Origin: Candidatus Parcubacteria bacterium
GTDB taxonomy: Bacteria; Patescibacteriota; Minisyncoccia; Minisyncoccales; JAGMDC01
Assembly (NCBI GenBank): GCA_023131895.1
Contig: JAGLYZ010000002.1
Coordinates: forward strand, 176,474-240,473
Length of the DNA: 64,000 nucleotides
Direction: 5' to 3'
A program made the translations under genes and the position numbers. Of this stretch, positions 37,307-46,620 are shown in pieces; positions within the stretch are counted from its first letter, which is position 1, and each line of letters begins with the position of its first letter. A model generated the notes under the pieces. It saw nothing but the letters and a program-made list of their open reading frames with translations. It had not been told where the DNA came from and ran no database searches.

Positions 37307-37354
37307 GTTCGCTTACGCTCAAGTTAAAAATTAAAAGTGAAAAAGTAAAAAGTT
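37307..37354. repeat. Family-2 half element with GC-rich start-proximal box
   Basis: gttcgcttacgctcaagttaaaaattaaaagtgaaaaagtaaaaagtt, directly upstream of the secY ATG. Confidence 0.7.
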
Positions 37355-37442
37355 GCGAAGAAAACAGATTTTTCAAATTCTGGGGCGTGGGCGCGGCGAA
37401 GCCCGAAGGAGGGCTGAATTTGAAAAATTTTGTTTTCATAGC
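37355..37442. repeat. Family-3 complete inverted pair around a GC-rich core
   Basis: gcgaagaaaacagatttttcaaattc + tggggcgtgggcgcggcgaagcccgaaggagggct + gaatttgaaaaattttgttttcatagc. Confidence 0.75.
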
Positions 37443-37457
37443 AAATGATTTAGTTTC

Positions 37458-37886
37458 TCATATAATTGTGCCGCCGGCTTTCTCTATCTTCTCTTTTGCT
37501 GATTTTGAAACATCACATCCTTCAATCGTCAATGACTTGGTTAGTTTTCCATTGCCTAAAATTTTTACTTTCAGCGCCTTCCCTTTTATTCTACGAATTA
37601 TTTCCTTTTTAAACAAGACAGAAGGACTAATTTTGTCTCCGTCTTTAAACTGCTCTAAACTGCTAATATTAACTATTGTCGGTTTTACTTTCCATTTATT
37701 AAATTTATATCCCCTAAGTTTGGGGTATCTCTTAATTAATCCGCGGATAATCGGCTCTGAAGTTCTTCCAGCGCGCGATCTCTGACCTTTCATTCCTCGA
37801 CCAGAATAAGTACCGCGTTTACCGCCGCGGCCTATCCGTTTTTTTTGTTTTGCTTTATGTTTTGGCTTAATTTGATTTATCTGCAT
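37458..37886 (-). CDS. rplO: 50S ribosomal protein L15
   Basis: KKRIGRGGKRGTYSGRGMKGQRSRAG. Confidence 0.9.
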   Translation of the reverse strand: MQINQIKPKHKAKQKKRIGRGGKRGTYSGRGMKGQRSRAGRTSEPIIRGLIKRYPKLRGYKFNKWKVKPTIVNISSLEQFKDGDKISPSVLFKKEIIRRIKGKALKVKILGNGKLTKSLTIEGCDVSKSAKEKIEKAGGTII

Positions 37887-37904
37887 GTTTTCGAAGCAAT
37901 AAAT

Positions 37905-38372
37905 TTAGCTTTTTGGTTTTAATTTTTCTAATGCTTGAATAGTTGCTTTGGCATTGTTAAGTTTGTTTCCAGTCCTTCCAAGAATCTTTGAAGATATATT
38001 CTTTATACCGGCTAAATCACAAATTACACGGACTGTACCGCCAGCAACTAACCCCCTTGTTTTTCTTTGGGGTCTAAGTAAAACCTTAGCTGCTCCGAAT
38101 TTAGAAATAATCTCATAAGGAACAGTGCCTTCTACAATAGGAATTTCAATTAAATTTTTCTTTGCTAAACGTGTAGCCTTTTCAATCGCTTGGGCCACAT
38201 CCTTGCCTTTGGAAACACCTAATCCAACCTTTCCTTTTCTATTGCCAACAACCATAACAGCGCGAAATCTCATCCGGCGTCCGCCGGCTGTCATCCTGCT
38301 TACTCGAGTTAAATCTAATAATTTAGAATCAAACTCATCTTTTGGTTTTTCTTTTCTTATAAATCTTTCCAT
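37905..38372 (-). CDS. rpsE: 30S ribosomal protein S5
   Basis: VSRMTAGGRRMRFRAVMVVGNRKGKVGLGVSKGKDV. Confidence 0.9.
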   Translation of the reverse strand: MERFIRKEKPKDEFDSKLLDLTRVSRMTAGGRRMRFRAVMVVGNRKGKVGLGVSKGKDVAQAIEKATRLAKKNLIEIPIVEGTVPYEIISKFGAAKVLLRPQRKTRGLVAGGTVRVICDLAGIKNISSKILGRTGNKLNNAKATIQALEKLKPKS

Positions 38373-38377
38373 ATAAT

Positions 38378-38734
38378 TTAAAAATTTAGTCCTCCTTTTC
38401 TTGCTCCCTCGGCTAACGCTTTGACTCTTCCATGATATTTATATCCGCCCCTGTCAAAAACCACTTTTTTAATTTTCTTCTCAACGGCCTTTTTAGCAAT
38501 CAGTTCCCCAATTTGATTAGCAATAAAGATTTTAGTGGTTTCTTTATTTTTTGCTTTTTTAATTTCAAACTCACTTGAACTTAAAATTGTCTTACCTTTT
38601 TCATCGTCAATTAGCTGGGCATAAATATATTTATTTGAACGAAAAATACAAAGCCGCGGAATTTTAGCTGTCCCAGATATTTTAACTCTTACTTTTTTAT
38701 GCCGTCTATATCTTTTTTCTTGTTTTTTTAACAT
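38378..38734 (-). CDS. rplR: 50S ribosomal protein L18
   Basis: [34 protein letters not shown]...[23 protein letters not shown]. Confidence 0.9.
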   Translation of the reverse strand: MLKKQEKRYRRHKKVRVKISGTAKIPRLCIFRSNKYIYAQLIDDEKGKTILSSSEFEIKKAKNKETTKIFIANQIGELIAKKAVEKKIKKVVFDRGGYKYHGRVKALAEGARKGGLNF

Positions 38735-38735
38735 A

Positions 38736-39317
38736 TTATTCTGCGGCTACTGCCTTTTTACCTACCTTTTTCCTGACTATTTCATTAATATATCTAATTC
38801 CTTTTCCCTTATACGGCTCCGGCGGTTTTACTTTTCTTATTTTAGCAGCGACCATGCCAACTAATTCTTTATCAATACCTGAAATAGTAATAATATTTTT
38901 TTCTACTGATAATTTTATGCCATCTAAAGATTTAATTTTCACTGGATGGCTAAAACCGATGTTTAATATTAAATCATTTCCATCTAAAGAGGCCTTGTAT
39001 CCCAAACCTTCTATTTGAAGCTTTTTCTCATAACCATCTTTAACGCCTTGTATCATATTGGCTAAAAAAGCTCTAGTCAACCCCCAAAAAGCATTAATCT
39101 CTTTTGCTTGCTTTCCTGATTCTTTTCTTGAAGTCGTTTTCTGGTTTTCTTTTTTAGGAAAAACGTAAACTTCTTGAGTTTTAATTTCAATATCAATTTC
39201 AGGCCGAACCTCTTTAGAAAGTTCGCCTTTAGGACCCTTAACTGTAACTTTCTGACCATCAATTTTTAGTTCGACACCATCTGGTATTTCAATTGGTTTT
39301 TTGCCTATACGACTCAT
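38736..39317 (-). CDS. rplF: 50S ribosomal protein L6
   Basis: [33 protein letters not shown]... Confidence 0.9.
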   Translation of the reverse strand: MSRIGKKPIEIPDGVELKIDGQKVTVKGPKGELSKEVRPEIDIEIKTQEVYVFPKKENQKTTSRKESGKQAKEINAFWGLTRAFLANMIQGVKDGYEKKLQIEGLGYKASLDGNDLILNIGFSHPVKIKSLDGIKLSVEKNIITISGIDKELVGMVAAKIRKVKPPEPYKGKGIRYINEIVRKKVGKKAVAAE

Positions 39318-39409
39318 AAATCATTTTAACATTTTAGCATTTAAGCATTTTAACATAATAAATTAAAATTTTGTTTAAATGTTAGCATGTTTGTATGTTT
39401 AGATGAACT
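39318..39409. repeat. Family-1 palindromic intergenic element
   Basis: Right-hand 59 nt or so (cattttaacataataaattaaaattttgtttaaatgttagcatgtttgtatgtttagatg) identical to the 39800-39894 copy. Confidence 0.85.
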
Positions 39410-39799
39410 TTACCATATTTCACATATTACCTCTCCTCCTAATCTATTTTTTCTTGCTTCTCCATCAGCCATCAATCCTTTTGATGTGGAAATAATAGCT
39501 GTTCCAAATCCTCCTTTTATCTTCCTTATTTTCTGATAAGGAATATAAATTCTCTGTCCTGGCTTTGAAATCCTTTTTAACTCAGTGATAGCCGAAATAT
39601 CTTTATTATATTTAAGAGAAAGTTCTATTATTTTTTCTGTCTTTCTTTTCTTTTTTTCCGTTTTTTTAATGTATCCTGTCTTTTCTAAAATCTTTGCAAT
39701 TTCATATTTGAAAGCTGAAAAAGGAATATCAACCGTAGGCTTTAATACGGCTTGAGCATTTTTTATTCTATTAAACATATCAGTTACTGGATCAGTCAT
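39410..39799 (-). CDS. rpsH: 30S ribosomal protein S8
   Basis: MTDPVTDMFNRIKNAQAV...GGEVICEIW. Confidence 0.9.
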   Translation of the reverse strand: MTDPVTDMFNRIKNAQAVLKPTVDIPFSAFKYEIAKILEKTGYIKKTEKKKRKTEKIIELSLKYNKDISAITELKRISKPGQRIYIPYQKIRKIKGGFGTAIISTSKGLMADGEARKNRLGGEVICEIW

Positions 39800-39894
39800 A
39801 AAAATTCATTTTAACATTTTAACATTCAAACATTTTAACATAATAAATTAAAATTTTGTTTAAATGTTAGCATGTTTGTATGTTTAGATGCAAA
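39800..39894. repeat. Family-1 palindromic intergenic element
   Basis: aaaaattcattttaacattttaacattcaaacattttaacat ... atgttagcatgtttgtatgtttagatg. Confidence 0.85.
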
Positions 39895-40080
39895 CTACCA
39901 GCTTGATTTCTTTACTCCTGGGATTTGCCCTTTATTCGCCATTTCCCTGAAACAAATTCGGCATAGTCCAAATTCTCTTAAATAGCCTCTCTTTCTGCCG
40001 CATCTAAAACATCTCCTTACAATACGAGTTGAAAATTTGGGTTTTTTATTTGATTTTGCTATTTGTGATTTAGTAGCCAT
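39895..40080 (-). CDS. rpsN: 30S ribosomal protein S14, zinc-binding type Z (61 aa)
   Basis: [24 protein letters not shown]. Confidence 0.9.
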   Translation of the reverse strand: MATKSQIAKSNKKPKFSTRIVRRCFRCGRKRGYLREFGLCRICFREMANKGQIPGVKKSSW

Positions 40081-40081
40081 C

Positions 40082-40645
40082 TTATTTCTTTATTGGGAAA
40101 CCTAATAATCTTAATAATTCTAATCCTTGCTCTCTTTTTTTTGCTGTGGTTACAATAGTAATCTCAAAGCTAAAAAGGAATCTTGTTTTCTCCGGGGATA
40201 TTTCTGGAAAAGATATATGTTCTTTTATAGCAATAGTTAAATTTCCTTTTTGATCAATTGATTTAAGCTCAATACCTTGAAAATCACGTGAACGAGGAAG
40301 CGCGATATGAATTAATCTATCTAAAAAATCATGCATTTTTTGTTTTCTTAGAGTCACTTTGGCTCCAATCTCCATACCCTCACGGATTTTAAATGTAGAA
40401 ATAGATTTCTTTGCTTTAGTTAAAACTGGACGTTGTCCGCATATTAAAGCTAAATCATGGACAATTGCTGCCTTAATTTTCTTTTTTTCATCAGATGTTT
40501 TATCTGTTATCATTCTGCCAAAACCAATATTAACCACTACCTTTTCAACATTAGGAACAGCCATACTGTTTTTGTATCCGAACTTTTTTTTCATAGCCGG
40601 CACAACCTCTTTAATATATTTGTCTTTTAGTTTGACAACACTCAT
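40082..40645 (-). CDS. rplE: 50S ribosomal protein L5
   Basis: [12 protein letters not shown]...[11 protein letters not shown]. Confidence 0.9.
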   Translation of the reverse strand: MSVVKLKDKYIKEVVPAMKKKFGYKNSMAVPNVEKVVVNIGFGRMITDKTSDEKKKIKAAIVHDLALICGQRPVLTKAKKSISTFKIREGMEIGAKVTLRKQKMHDFLDRLIHIALPRSRDFQGIELKSIDQKGNLTIAIKEHISFPEISPEKTRFLFSFEITIVTTAKKREQGLELLRLLGFPIKK

Positions 40646-40729
40646 TTTAACATTTTAACATTTAAGCATTTTAACATTTCTGATTTTATTTTTTGTTAAT
40701 ATGTTAGTATGCTTAAATGTTAGTATGAT
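40646..40729. repeat. Family-1 palindromic intergenic element
   Basis: tttaacattttaacatttaagcattttaacat ... gttaatatgttagtatgcttaaatgttagtatg. Confidence 0.8.
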
Positions 40730-41065
40730 TTAAATTTCTCCTCCGCACTTTTTACAAATTCTTATTTTAATCTTCTTCGATTTGCTGGCAGATCCTGCTT
40801 TTGGCTTTACTATTTTATATTCTATCCTTGCCGCTTTTTTACATTTAGTGCAAATCAGCTTCACATTTGAGACAGAGATTGAACCAGGCATTTCTACTAT
40901 CTGTCCTTTTTCACCAGTTTTTTTAGGCCTAACACTTTTTTTTCTTATGTTTATGCCTTCAACTAAAATTCTTTGCCCTTTAGGCAAAGCTTCAAGAACC
41001 TTGCCTTTTCTGGTTCGGTCCTTGCCTGAAATTATTAATACTGTATCGCCTTTTTTTATCTTCAT
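40730..41065 (-). CDS. rplX: 50S ribosomal protein L24 with CxxC...CxxC C-terminal segment
   Basis: MKIKKGDTVLIISGKDRTRKGKVLE (KOW); CTKCKK...CKKCGG. Confidence 0.9.
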   Translation of the reverse strand: MKIKKGDTVLIISGKDRTRKGKVLEALPKGQRILVEGINIRKKSVRPKKTGEKGQIVEMPGSISVSNVKLICTKCKKAARIEYKIVKPKAGSASKSKKIKIRICKKCGGEI

Positions 41066-41068
41066 GTT

Positions 41069-41440
41069 TTATACAAGATCCTTTGCCATTCCAGCTATTT
41101 TATCAAATCCTTTTTCTTTTAACTCTCTGGCAACAGGGCCTAAAATTCTTCCTCCTTTTGGTTCTTTAGTTTTACCCTCAAGAATTACTCCTGCATTATC
41201 ATCAAAACGAATATAAGAACCATCTGAACGCCTATATTCTTTTTTCTGCCTGATGATTACTACTCTAACTTTATCATGTTTTTTAACAATTTTCCTTGGC
41301 TCTGCTTTTTTCACTGCTGCTACTACTATATCTCCAATTTGAGCATATCTTCTCCTGGTGCCGCCGAGCACCTTAAAACACTGAGCAAGTTTGGCTCCGG
41401 TATTATCTGTTATTTTTAACATTGTTTGCGGCTGAATCAT
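41069..41440 (-). CDS. rplN: 50S ribosomal protein L14
   Basis: [17 protein letters not shown]... Confidence 0.9.
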   Translation of the reverse strand: MIQPQTMLKITDNTGAKLAQCFKVLGGTRRRYAQIGDIVVAAVKKAEPRKIVKKHDKVRVVIIRQKKEYRRSDGSYIRFDDNAGVILEGKTKEPKGGRILGPVARELKEKGFDKIAGMAKDLV

Positions 41441-41667
41441 ATCTTTTTAATTACTACCCATCGTTTGTCTTTTGATATTGGCCTTGTTTCTTCAATTATA
41501 ACCCTGTCGCCGACATTAAATTCTCCATTTTCATTATGGGCTTTATATTTTTTATGCATTTTATATCTTCTCTTATATTTAGGATGGACTTTTATCCTTT
41601 CTACCTCTACCACTATTGTCTTTAACATTTTATTAGAAACAACTATTCCTTTTAATTTTTTCTTCAT
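41437..41667 (-). CDS. rpsQ: 30S ribosomal protein S17
   Basis: [29 protein letters not shown]. Confidence 0.9.
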   Translation of the reverse strand: MKKKLKGIVVSNKMLKTIVVEVERIKVHPKYKRRYKMHKKYKAHNENGEFNVGDRVIIEETRPISKDKRWVVIKKI

Positions 41668-41668
41668 A

Positions 41669-41851
41669 CTAATTTTGCTTTAAAATTGTTAATATTTGAG
41701 CAATTTCTTTTTTAATTTTTCTAATCTCTCTAACATTTTTCACTTTACCAGAGACTAAATCAAAACGCAACTGTCGTAATTTCTCACGATTTTTTATTAA
41801 AATACCATGAAGCTCTGATTTTGATTTACGTTGTAATTCTGTTGCCTGCAT
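41669..41851 (-). CDS. rpmC: 50S ribosomal protein L29
   Basis: 60 aa, [18 protein letters not shown]; sits between rplP and rpsQ. Confidence 0.85.
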   Translation of the reverse strand: MQATELQRKSKSELHGILIKNREKLRQLRFDLVSGKVKNVREIRKIKKEIAQILTILKQN

Positions 41852-41861
41852 AAATTATAGA

Positions 41862-42266
41862 TTATCTTTTAATAAATTTTGTCTTTATCGGCAGCTTATC
41901 TGCCGCTCTGCTAAAAGCTTCTTTGGCCATTTCCTCTTTTATTCCTTCTAACTCAAAAATGATTCTACCTGGTTTTATTGGAAAAGCATAATATTCAACA
42001 GTTCCCTTTCCTCCGCCCATAGGAACTTCTGTTCCTTTTTTAGTTATAGGTTTATCTGGAAAAATTCTTATCCAAAGCTTCCCACCTTTTTTTAAATATC
42101 TAATAATAGCTCTGCGGCTTGCCTCAATTTGGCGGGCTGTAATCCATTTTTTCTCCAATGCTTTTAAACCATAACTGCCAAAAGACAGATCAGCTGCCCG
42201 CCTCTCTATCCCTCTTGAACGGCCTTTATGCCATTTTCTATGTTTAATTTTTTTTGGCATCAACAT
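41862..42266 (-). CDS. rplP: 50S ribosomal protein L16
   Basis: [16 protein letters not shown]...[13 protein letters not shown]. Confidence 0.9.
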   Translation of the reverse strand: MLMPKKIKHRKWHKGRSRGIERRAADLSFGSYGLKALEKKWITARQIEASRRAIIRYLKKGGKLWIRIFPDKPITKKGTEVPMGGGKGTVEYYAFPIKPGRIIFELEGIKEEMAKEAFSRAADKLPIKTKFIKR

Positions 42267-42280
42267 GTTCCTTTATAAAG

Positions 42281-42961
42281 TTAAAATTTTTCGCCTTTGT
42301 ATAACCATACCTTTATTCCTATCACACCATAAGTACAATAAGCTCTTGCTGTTCCATAATCAATATCTGCTCTTAATGTTTGTCTTGGAAGACGGCCATT
42401 TTTTATCCATTCTCTACGCGCGATTTGCGCTCCATTCAAACGACCGGAAACCTCTACTCTTGCCCCTTTTATTTCTTTATTGACCATAATCTTGCTCAAT
42501 GCTTGTTTTAATACCCTGCGATAAGGCATTCTCCTTTCTATCTGCTGGGCAATCCATTGAGCAATAATATTCGAATATGTCCAAGGATTTCTAATTTCTC
42601 TAATTTCAATTCTGATTTCTTCTTTTACTTTGTTTAATGCTGTTAATTTTTGATTAATAAGTGGCTTATAGCTCTTAATGATTTTTTTCTCTAACTCTTT
42701 TTTAAGTTCTTCTGCTCCTTTGCCTCCGCGGCCTATAATAAAACCTGGCTTTGAAGTATTAATAATAATATTGACTTTACCGGGAAATCTCTCAATTTCA
42801 ATATTTTGAACCCCAGAATCCTTTAGCCTTTCTTCTAAAAAGTCTCTTATCACAAAATCTTCCTTTAAATATTTAGGAATACTCTTTTTAAACTGCCATC
42901 GAGAATCCCAATCACTTGTTTCTCTCAATCTATATGCTTTTGGATGCACTCTATGACTCAT
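42281..42961 (-). CDS. rpsC: 30S ribosomal protein S3
   Basis: MSHRVHPKAYRLRETSDWDSRW...GRLNGAQIARRE. Confidence 0.9.
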   Translation of the reverse strand: MSHRVHPKAYRLRETSDWDSRWQFKKSIPKYLKEDFVIRDFLEERLKDSGVQNIEIERFPGKVNIIINTSKPGFIIGRGGKGAEELKKELEKKIIKSYKPLINQKLTALNKVKEEIRIEIREIRNPWTYSNIIAQWIAQQIERRMPYRRVLKQALSKIMVNKEIKGARVEVSGRLNGAQIARREWIKNGRLPRQTLRADIDYGTARAYCTYGVIGIKVWLYKGEKF

Positions 42962-43068
42962 GTTCGCTATCGCTCAAGTTAAAAATTAAAAGTGAAAAAT
43001 TAAAAATTATTTATTAAAACTTTTAACTTCTAACTTTGACTTTTAACTTCTAACTTTAAACTTTTAAT
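42962..43068. repeat. Family-2 palindromic intergenic element with GC-rich start-proximal box
   Basis: gttcgctatcgctcaagttaaaaattaaaagtgaaaaattaaaaatt ... aacttttaacttctaactttgacttttaacttctaactttaaactttt. About 80 nt nearly identical to 43909-44018. Confidence 0.85.
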
Positions 43069-43578
43069 TTAGAAGGCTTTTCGCCTAAATACTCTTTTCA
43101 TGCCTTGTGTTATTTTTGGCACATATTTCTCTTTCGTATCCTTTGGCTTTGGTTGTTCTGGTTTGACAGTTGTTTTTTCTTCCTTCTCTATTTTCTCATC
43201 TACAACTTTCTTTTCTGTTTTCTTAACCTTTTTAACTTTTTTCTTTTTAATCTCGCTTAATTCTAAAGAAATATGAGAACTCTTTTTCTGAATTTCAGCA
43301 GCTCTTCCTCTTGACTGAGCATGCCATCTTTTTAGCTTCGGTCCTTCATCAACAAAAATCTTTGAGATATAAAGATTATCTTCTTCAAGCTGAAGATTAT
43401 CTTTAGCATTAGCTATACTTGACTTCAAGAGTTTTAATAACGGCTCAGACGATCTATTCGGCGTGAAATTTAAAATCCTTTGAGCTTGCTCAACTGATTT
43501 TCCCCTAATCAAATCAACCATTAAACGAACCTTTCGCGGCGCAATATGAAGATATCTTAGTTTGGCTGTAATGTTCAT
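43069..43578 (-). CDS. rplV: 50S ribosomal protein L22 with a 55-aa or so Lys-rich C-terminal extension
   Basis: AKLRYLHIAPRKVRLMVDLIRGKSV... Confidence 0.9.
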   Translation of the reverse strand: MNITAKLRYLHIAPRKVRLMVDLIRGKSVEQAQRILNFTPNRSSEPLLKLLKSSIANAKDNLQLEEDNLYISKIFVDEGPKLKRWHAQSRGRAAEIQKKSSHISLELSEIKKKKVKKVKKTEKKVVDEKIEKEEKTTVKPEQPKPKDTKEKYVPKITQGMKRVFRRKAF

Positions 43579-43590
43579 ATAAACAAAATA

Positions 43591-43908
43591 TTAAGATGAT
43601 TTATCTTTTTCGGTTTCTTGCTGTTTTGTTTTTATTTCCTGCTCTTTCTGTATTTTTCCCCCATGCCTTACAAATTTTTTTGTTGGAGCAAATTCACCTA
43701 ACTTATGCCCCACCATATCCTCTGCAACTAATACTGGAATATGCTCCTTGCCGTTATGAACGCCAAATGTAAAACCAACCATTTCTGGAGATATAGTGCA
43801 AGCTCTCGCCCAAGTCTTAATAATTACTCTGTCGCCTTTCTTGAACTTGCTTATTTTTTTTAATAATTTTTCGTCCACATATGGACCTTTTTTCAGAGAT
43901 CTAGCCAT
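43591..43908 (-). CDS. rpsS: 30S ribosomal protein S19
   Basis: [19 protein letters not shown]...HNGKEHIPV. Confidence 0.9.
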   Translation of the reverse strand: MARSLKKGPYVDEKLLKKISKFKKGDRVIIKTWARACTISPEMVGFTFGVHNGKEHIPVLVAEDMVGHKLGEFAPTKKFVRHGGKIQKEQEIKTKQQETEKDKSS

Positions 43909-44018
43909 GTTCCTTCGCTTCGCTCAGTCAAGTTAAAAGTGAAAAATTAAAAATTATTTATTAAAACTTTTAACTTAAAACTTTGACTTTTAACTTCTAA
44001 CTTTAAACTTTTAATTTT
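43909..44018. repeat. Family-2 palindromic intergenic element with GC-rich start-proximal box
   Basis: gttccttcgcttcgctcagtcaagttaaaagtgaaaaattaaaaatt ... aacttttaacttaaaactttgacttttaacttctaactttaaactttt. Confidence 0.85.
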
Positions 44019-44852
44019 TTAGGTTTTTTTCTTCTTCTTTCGTCTCTTGATAATAAGCTTGTCTGTCCATTTTTTCTTTCTTGTTTTTACCCCTAATGCA
44101 GGTTTCCCCCAAGGCGTTTTCGGATGCTTCATTCCAATTCCGGTTCTTCCCTCTCCGCCTCCATGAGGATGGTCAACAGGATTCATTGCTGATCCTCTAA
44201 CATGCGGCCTTCTGTCCTTATAACGGCTCCTGCCTGCTTTTCCTATTTTAACATATTTATATTCAGGATTTGAAACCATTCCTATTGAAGCAAAACATTC
44301 CATTGATACTTTTCTAATTTCAGAAGAAGGAAGAACAAGATGAGTATATCCTCCTTCTTGAGCCAAAACTCTCGCTGTGGTGCCTGCTCCTTTTACAATA
44401 AGCCCTCCTTTGCCTGGCTCAAACTCAATATTATAAACTAAGGTTCCTATTGGAATGTTTTTTAATTTCATTCTGTTTCCCGGCTTAAACTCTCCTTTCT
44501 CTGAAATAACAATCGTATCATCTACTTTTAATCCCTGAGGAGCGAGAATATATCTTTTCTCCTTATCTTCATATTCTAAAAGAGCGATAAAAGCAGAGCG
44601 ATTAGGATCATATTCTAAAGCAACAACTTTTGCTGGAATATTAATTTTTTCCTGGCTGAAATCAATGTGGCGATACATTCTTTTTGCGCCGCCGCCTCTA
44701 TGCCTTATAGTAATTCTCCCTTGTAAATTCCTTCCTCCTCTTTTTTTTAATATTGAAATTAAACCTTTTTCAGGTTTTTTCTTGTTTAATTGAGGAGATT
44801 CAATTTTGGTCATGCCTCTCCTTCCCGGTGTCGTTGGTTTATACTTCTTCAT
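44019..44852 (-). CDS. rplB: 50S ribosomal protein L2
   Basis: [11 protein letters not shown]...[18 protein letters not shown]. Confidence 0.9.
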   Translation of the reverse strand: MKKYKPTTPGRRGMTKIESPQLNKKKPEKGLISILKKRGGRNLQGRITIRHRGGGAKRMYRHIDFSQEKINIPAKVVALEYDPNRSAFIALLEYEDKEKRYILAPQGLKVDDTIVISEKGEFKPGNRMKLKNIPIGTLVYNIEFEPGKGGLIVKGAGTTARVLAQEGGYTHLVLPSSEIRKVSMECFASIGMVSNPEYKYVKIGKAGRSRYKDRRPHVRGSAMNPVDHPHGGGEGRTGIGMKHPKTPWGKPALGVKTRKKKWTDKLIIKRRKKKKKT

Positions 44853-44857
44853 ATATT

Positions 44858-45328
44858 TTATCTTGGCAATAATTCTATCTTTTGGCCTTTTTTTATTTTT
44901 ACAATTGCTTTTTTATATCCTTTTTTCCAACCAAGAATTCTACCTCTCATCTTTTTTTTCCTAGGGATACTAACAGTCCTAACATCTAAAACATCAACTC
45001 CATAAATACCTTCTACTGCTTTTTTAATCTCTTTTTTGTTTGATTTGGGGAAAACTCTAAAAATATATTTATTTTCTTTAGTTAAATCAGTCGCTTTTTC
45101 AGAAATATGAGGTTGCTCTAAAACCCTCCAAGCCTGCCCGACTCCGTCTGAACGAGGTCTTGGCGGACGGGCTAAATCTACTTTCTTTTTCGGTTTTTCT
45201 TCCTTTTTTTCTTTTTCAACAACTTTAGGTTCAACTTCTTTTTTCTCTTTAACTTCCTTTTTTTCAGCAATCTTAGGTTTTTCTTCAATTTTTTTCTTCT
45301 CTTTTTTAAAAAAATCAAATAATTTCAT
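44858..45328 (-). CDS. rplW: 50S ribosomal protein L23 with a 60-aa or so Lys/Glu-rich N-terminal extension
   Basis: The core [32 protein letters not shown] starts near residue 75. Confidence 0.85.
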   Translation of the reverse strand: MKLFDFFKKEKKKIEEKPKIAEKKEVKEKKEVEPKVVEKEKKEEKPKKKVDLARPPRPRSDGVGQAWRVLEQPHISEKATDLTKENKYIFRVFPKSNKKEIKKAVEGIYGVDVLDVRTVSIPRKKKMRGRILGWKKGYKKAIVKIKKGQKIELLPR

Positions 45329-45329
45329 A

Positions 45330-45974
45330 TTAAGATTTTACAAATGTTTCTTTTATTACTTTTATTGACTCTTTCGGCATAATCAAATATTTATAATTTA
45401 AAATATCAAGGCAATTTAATTCTTTTGCTTGAATCGTCGCTAATTTAGGAATATTTCTTGCTGATAAAATTACATTTTTATCCATCTTTGGCAAAGCGAT
45501 TAAAACGCTCTTTATTTTTTTCTTATCTGGCTTGACTAAATTATCTCTTATGACTTTCATCTCTCTTGTTTTCGCCTTATCAATTTTTAATTCATCTAAA
45601 ATAATTAATCCTTTTACTTTTACTTTTTGGCTCAAAACCATAAAAAGAGCTTTTCTTTTCATTTTCTTGGGAATTATTTTTTTAAAATCTCTCTCTTTAA
45701 CAGGACCAAAAGTAATGCCTCCTCCTCTCCATAAAGGCGAACGGATAGAGCCTACTCTTGCCCTGCCAGTGCCTTTCTGCCTCCACGGCTTTCTGCCGCC
45801 TCCTTTAACCTCGCTTCTGTCTTTAGCGTGCGCGCTATTCTGCCGCCTGTTTGCCATTTGCGAAACAACCACCTGATGAACCAAATCAGAATTAAAAGCA
45901 ACCTCAAAAATCTCTTTTGGCAATTCAACTTCTTCTTTCTTCTCGCCTTTTTGATTGTAAAGATTAATTTTCAT
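45330..45974 (-). CDS. rplD: 50S ribosomal protein L4
   Basis: KGGGRKPWRQKGTGRARVGSIRSPLWRGGG. Confidence 0.9.
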   Translation of the reverse strand: MKINLYNQKGEKKEEVELPKEIFEVAFNSDLVHQVVVSQMANRRQNSAHAKDRSEVKGGGRKPWRQKGTGRARVGSIRSPLWRGGGITFGPVKERDFKKIIPKKMKRKALFMVLSQKVKVKGLIILDELKIDKAKTREMKVIRDNLVKPDKKKIKSVLIALPKMDKNVILSARNIPKLATIQAKELNCLDILNYKYLIMPKESIKVIKETFVKS

Positions 45975-45991
45975 AAATAACTGTTCTCGAA

Positions 45992-46606
45992 CTATACTCG
46001 GATTTCCAGCAAGGTGCCGCGATGACCTGGTATTGCGCCTTTCACTGCTAATAGATTATTATCTTTATCAATTTTGACTATTTTTAAATTCTTAACTGTA
46101 ACTCTTTCAGCTCCCATTCTGCCAGGCATTTTTCTTCCCTTAATAACCCTTTCCGGGAAAGAACTTCCTACTGAACCTAATGTTCTTTGTTCATGCTTCA
46201 CTCCATGAGTGGCATTTCTTCCATGGAAACCCCATCTTTTCACTGCTCCTTGAAAACCTTTTCCCTTGGAAATACCGGAAATTCTTACTTTATCTCCTTG
46301 TTCAAAAATTGAAACATCTATCTTATCACCTATTTTTAATTCCTGTTTGTTATCTAAAGATTTAGCGAAAGCGGGCTTAAACTCTCTGATATATTTAAAC
46401 TCTTTTCCTTTCATAGTTTTCTTAATTTTTTTTTGCTTGGTAATTTTTTCAAAACCAATCTGAATCGCTTCATATTTATCCTTTTCTTGCATTTTTATCT
46501 GTGTAATATAACAAGGTCCAGCCTCAATTAAAGTTATTGGAACCTGCTTGCCTTTTTCGTCAAAAAACTGACTCATCTCCAATTTTTTTCCTAAAATAAA
46601 TTTCAT
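45992..46606 (-). CDS. rplC: 50S ribosomal protein L3
   Basis: GKGFQGAVKRWGFHGRNATHG. Confidence 0.9.
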   Translation of the reverse strand: MKFILGKKLEMSQFFDEKGKQVPITLIEAGPCYITQIKMQEKDKYEAIQIGFEKITKQKKIKKTMKGKEFKYIREFKPAFAKSLDNKQELKIGDKIDVSIFEQGDKVRISGISKGKGFQGAVKRWGFHGRNATHGVKHEQRTLGSVGSSFPERVIKGRKMPGRMGAERVTVKNLKIVKIDKDNNLLAVKGAIPGHRGTLLEIRV

Positions 46607-46620
46607 ATTTTACTTAGATT

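Noticed and set aside
37381-37415. AAGGAGGG inside the family-3 GC-rich core as an SD for the plus-strand ORF 37387..37785.
   Set aside because: The ORF is antisense to rplO and begins upstream of the motif, and the motif is part of a palindromic repeat core.
37387-37785. Many long ORFs in the track lie antisense to, or out of frame within, strong genes. Examples: 1063..1275, 2887..3102, 5402..5677, 6336..6831, 7836..8126, 29346..29801, 37387..37785, 40782..41216, 45532..45876, 52976..53365 and 63544..63876.
   Set aside because: Each lies wholly inside a confidently identified gene on the other strand or frame. They have low-complexity S/F/L/I-rich translations typical of shadow ORFs in AT-rich DNA, and no start-site signals.
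39318-40729. Whether the short repeated units (TTAACAT and similar) form a CRISPR array.
   Set aside because: The units are 7 nt, directly abutting, and arranged as inverted arms of single hairpins. There are no regularly spaced repeats of 25-40 nt with unique spacers and no adjacent cas operon. The Cas4-like gene at 10219 is isolated.
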